NCBI RefSeq assembly: GCF_042732375.1
Contig: NZ_JBHWHV010000010.1
Coordinates: 170,403-194,402, forward strand
Direction: 5' to 3'
From: Streptomyces sp. NPDC059785
GTDB taxonomy: Bacteria > Actinomycetota > Actinomycetes > Streptomycetales > Streptomycetaceae
Length of the DNA stretch: 24,000 bases
Shown here piece by piece: positions 22,654-24,000 of the stretch. The notes beneath the pieces are model-generated. The model had not been told where the DNA came from. It searched no databases and saw nothing but the letters and a program-made list of their open reading frames with translations. How positions within the stretch are numbered: the first letter of the stretch is position 1; the number at the start of each line of letters is the position of its first letter. The position numbers and the translations under genes are program-made.

Positions 22654-24000
22654 TTGAGTACGGGATCCGGAGCAGATTCCGCCCCCGCACCTGACACCCA
22701 CGACACCGCGTCCGCGCCGCAGGCCAAGTCGTCGATGTTCAGCTCGCTGAAGATCCGTAACTACCGCCTGTTCTTCATCGGCCAGGTCGTCTCCAACACC
22801 GGCACCTGGATGCAGCGCATCGCCCAGGACTGGCTGGTGCTCAGCCTGACCGGCTCGTCCGCCGCGGTCGGTATCACCACCGCGCTGCAATTCCTGCCGA
22901 TGCTCCTGTTCGGGCTGTACGGCGGCGTCCTGGTCGACCGGCTGCCCAAGCGCCCGACCCTGCTGGCGACCCAGACGGCGATGGGCCTGACGGGCCTCGC
23001 GCTCGCCGCCCTCACCCTCTCCGGGCACGTCCAGGTGTGGCACGTCTACCTCGCGGCCTTCGCCATGGGTCTGGCCACGGTCATCGACAACCCGGCCCGG
23101 CAGTCCTTCGTCTCGGAGATGGTCGGCCCCGGCCAGCTCCAGAACGCGGTCAGCCTGAACTCGGCGAACTTCCAGTCGGCCCGCCTGGTCGGCCCCGCCG
23201 TCGCGGGTCTGCTGATCACCGGCGTGGGCACCGGCTGGGCCTTCCTGCTCAACGGCGTCTCGTTCGTCGCCCCCATCACCGGTCTGCTGCTGATGCGTGC
23301 CCGCGAGCTGAACGTGGTGCGGCGCGCCCCGCGCGGCAAGGGCCAGCTCCGCGAGGGCCTGCGTTACGTCGCCGGGCGCCCCGAGCTGATCTGGCCGATC
23401 GTCCTGGTCGGCTTCATCGGCACCTTCGGTTTCAACTTCCCGGTGTGGCTGTCGGCCTACGCGGACGACATCTTCCACGCGGGCGCGGGCACGTACAGCC
23501 TCTTCAACACGTTGATGGCCGTCGGCTCGCTGGCGGGCGCGCTGCTCGCCGCCCGGCGCGGTACCGCACGGCTGCGGATGCTGATCGGCGCGGCCCTGGC
23601 CTTCGGTGTCCTGGAGATAGCGGCGGCCCTGGCTCCGTCGCTGTGGCTGTTCGCGCTGCTGATGGTCCCGATCGGGATCTTCGGCCTGACGGTGAACGTC
23701 ACGGCGAACACCACGGTCCAGATGGCCACCGACCCCGCCATGCGCGGCCGGGTGATGGCGCTGTTCATGATGGTCTTCATGGGCGGTACGCCGCTCGGGG
23801 CGCCCCTGGTCGGCTGGATCACCGACACCTACGGCTCCCGGGTGGGCTTCGCCGTCGGCGGCCTGATCTCGGCCGCGGCCGCGGTCACCGTCGGCCTGGT
23901 CCTGGCCCGCGTCGGCAACCTGCGGCTGTCGGTCGGCTGGCACCGCGGCCACCCCGAGGTCCGCTTCGTCCCGAGAGAGCGGCTGGCGACGGCGGCCTGA
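22654..24000 (+). CDS. MFS transporter (EntS/MFS_3-like efflux type), about 448 aa
   Basis: TTG at 22654 sits 9 nt after GAGGAGG (22638-22644); the alternative start is ATG 22735 (MFSSLKIRNYRLFFIGQ). The motif-A loop is GGVLVDRLPKRPTLL and the protein is polytopic. The stop is at 23998-24000. The Pro-rich upstream part of the 647-aa track ORF is rejected. Confidence 0.85.
   Translation: MSTGSGADSAPAPDTHDTASAPQAKSSMFSSLKIRNYRLFFIGQVVSNTGTWMQRIAQDWLVLSLTGSSAAVGITTALQFLPMLLFGLYGGVLVDRLPKRPTLLATQTAMGLTGLALAALTLSGHVQVWHVYLAAFAMGLATVIDNPARQSFVSEMVGPGQLQNAVSLNSANFQSARLVGPAVAGLLITGVGTGWAFLLNGVSFVAPITGLLLMRARELNVVRRAPRGKGQLREGLRYVAGRPELIWPIVLVGFIGTFGFNFPVWLSAYADDIFHAGAGTYSLFNTLMAVGSLAGALLAARRGTARLRMLIGAALAFGVLEIAAALAPSLWLFALLMVPIGIFGLTVNVTANTTVQMATDPAMRGRVMALFMMVFMGGTPLGAPLVGWITDTYGSRVGFAVGGLISAAAAVTVGLVLARVGNLRLSVGWHRGHPEVRFVPRERLATAA

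Overview
This is a high-GC, Streptomyces-type actinobacterial chromosome segment. Coding frames show about 90% G/C at third codon positions, and every real gene is shadowed by long spurious off-frame or antisense ORFs. Most of the window looks like conserved core genome. Left to right: a membrane-anchored protein (partial), a 913-aa helicase-associated protein of the kind encoded near XPB, a Pro-rich membrane protein with an apparent frameshift, a HAD hydrolase, a small membrane protein and a long-form cold-shock protein. Next comes a minus-strand gene string of MFS transporter, lipoprotein, mqnB and mqnD (futalosine menaquinone pathway; recognised from memory as the SCO4327/SCO4326 neighbourhood). 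It is followed by DUF3027, a 1073-aa sacsin-like GHKL ATPase, a PEGL-type P-type ATPase, a DUF2530-like protein, an NCS2 purine permease, a small RHH protein, and MarR with an MFS exporter. The only clearly accessory DNA is a solo TnpB (IS200/IS605-IS1341, OMEGA-type) element of about 1.4 kb. It has intact catalytic motifs and a candidate omega-RNA, and it sits in the convergent spacer between the GHKL ATPase and P-type ATPase genes. Other points worth a second look:
- a 0.5-kb C-rich, G-poor, repeat-laden spacer between marR and its MFS gene
- an in-frame His/Asp tandem repeat inside the P-type ATPase
- a C6 homopolymer frameshift
- a (CTGCTGC)5 heptamer microsatellite
- an AT-rich duplicated motif upstream of the purine permease
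- ATGAGT palindromes in the RHH/marR divergent region
I found no rRNA, tRNA or CRISPR array. All family assignments come from reading motifs and from memory of these families, not from searches.
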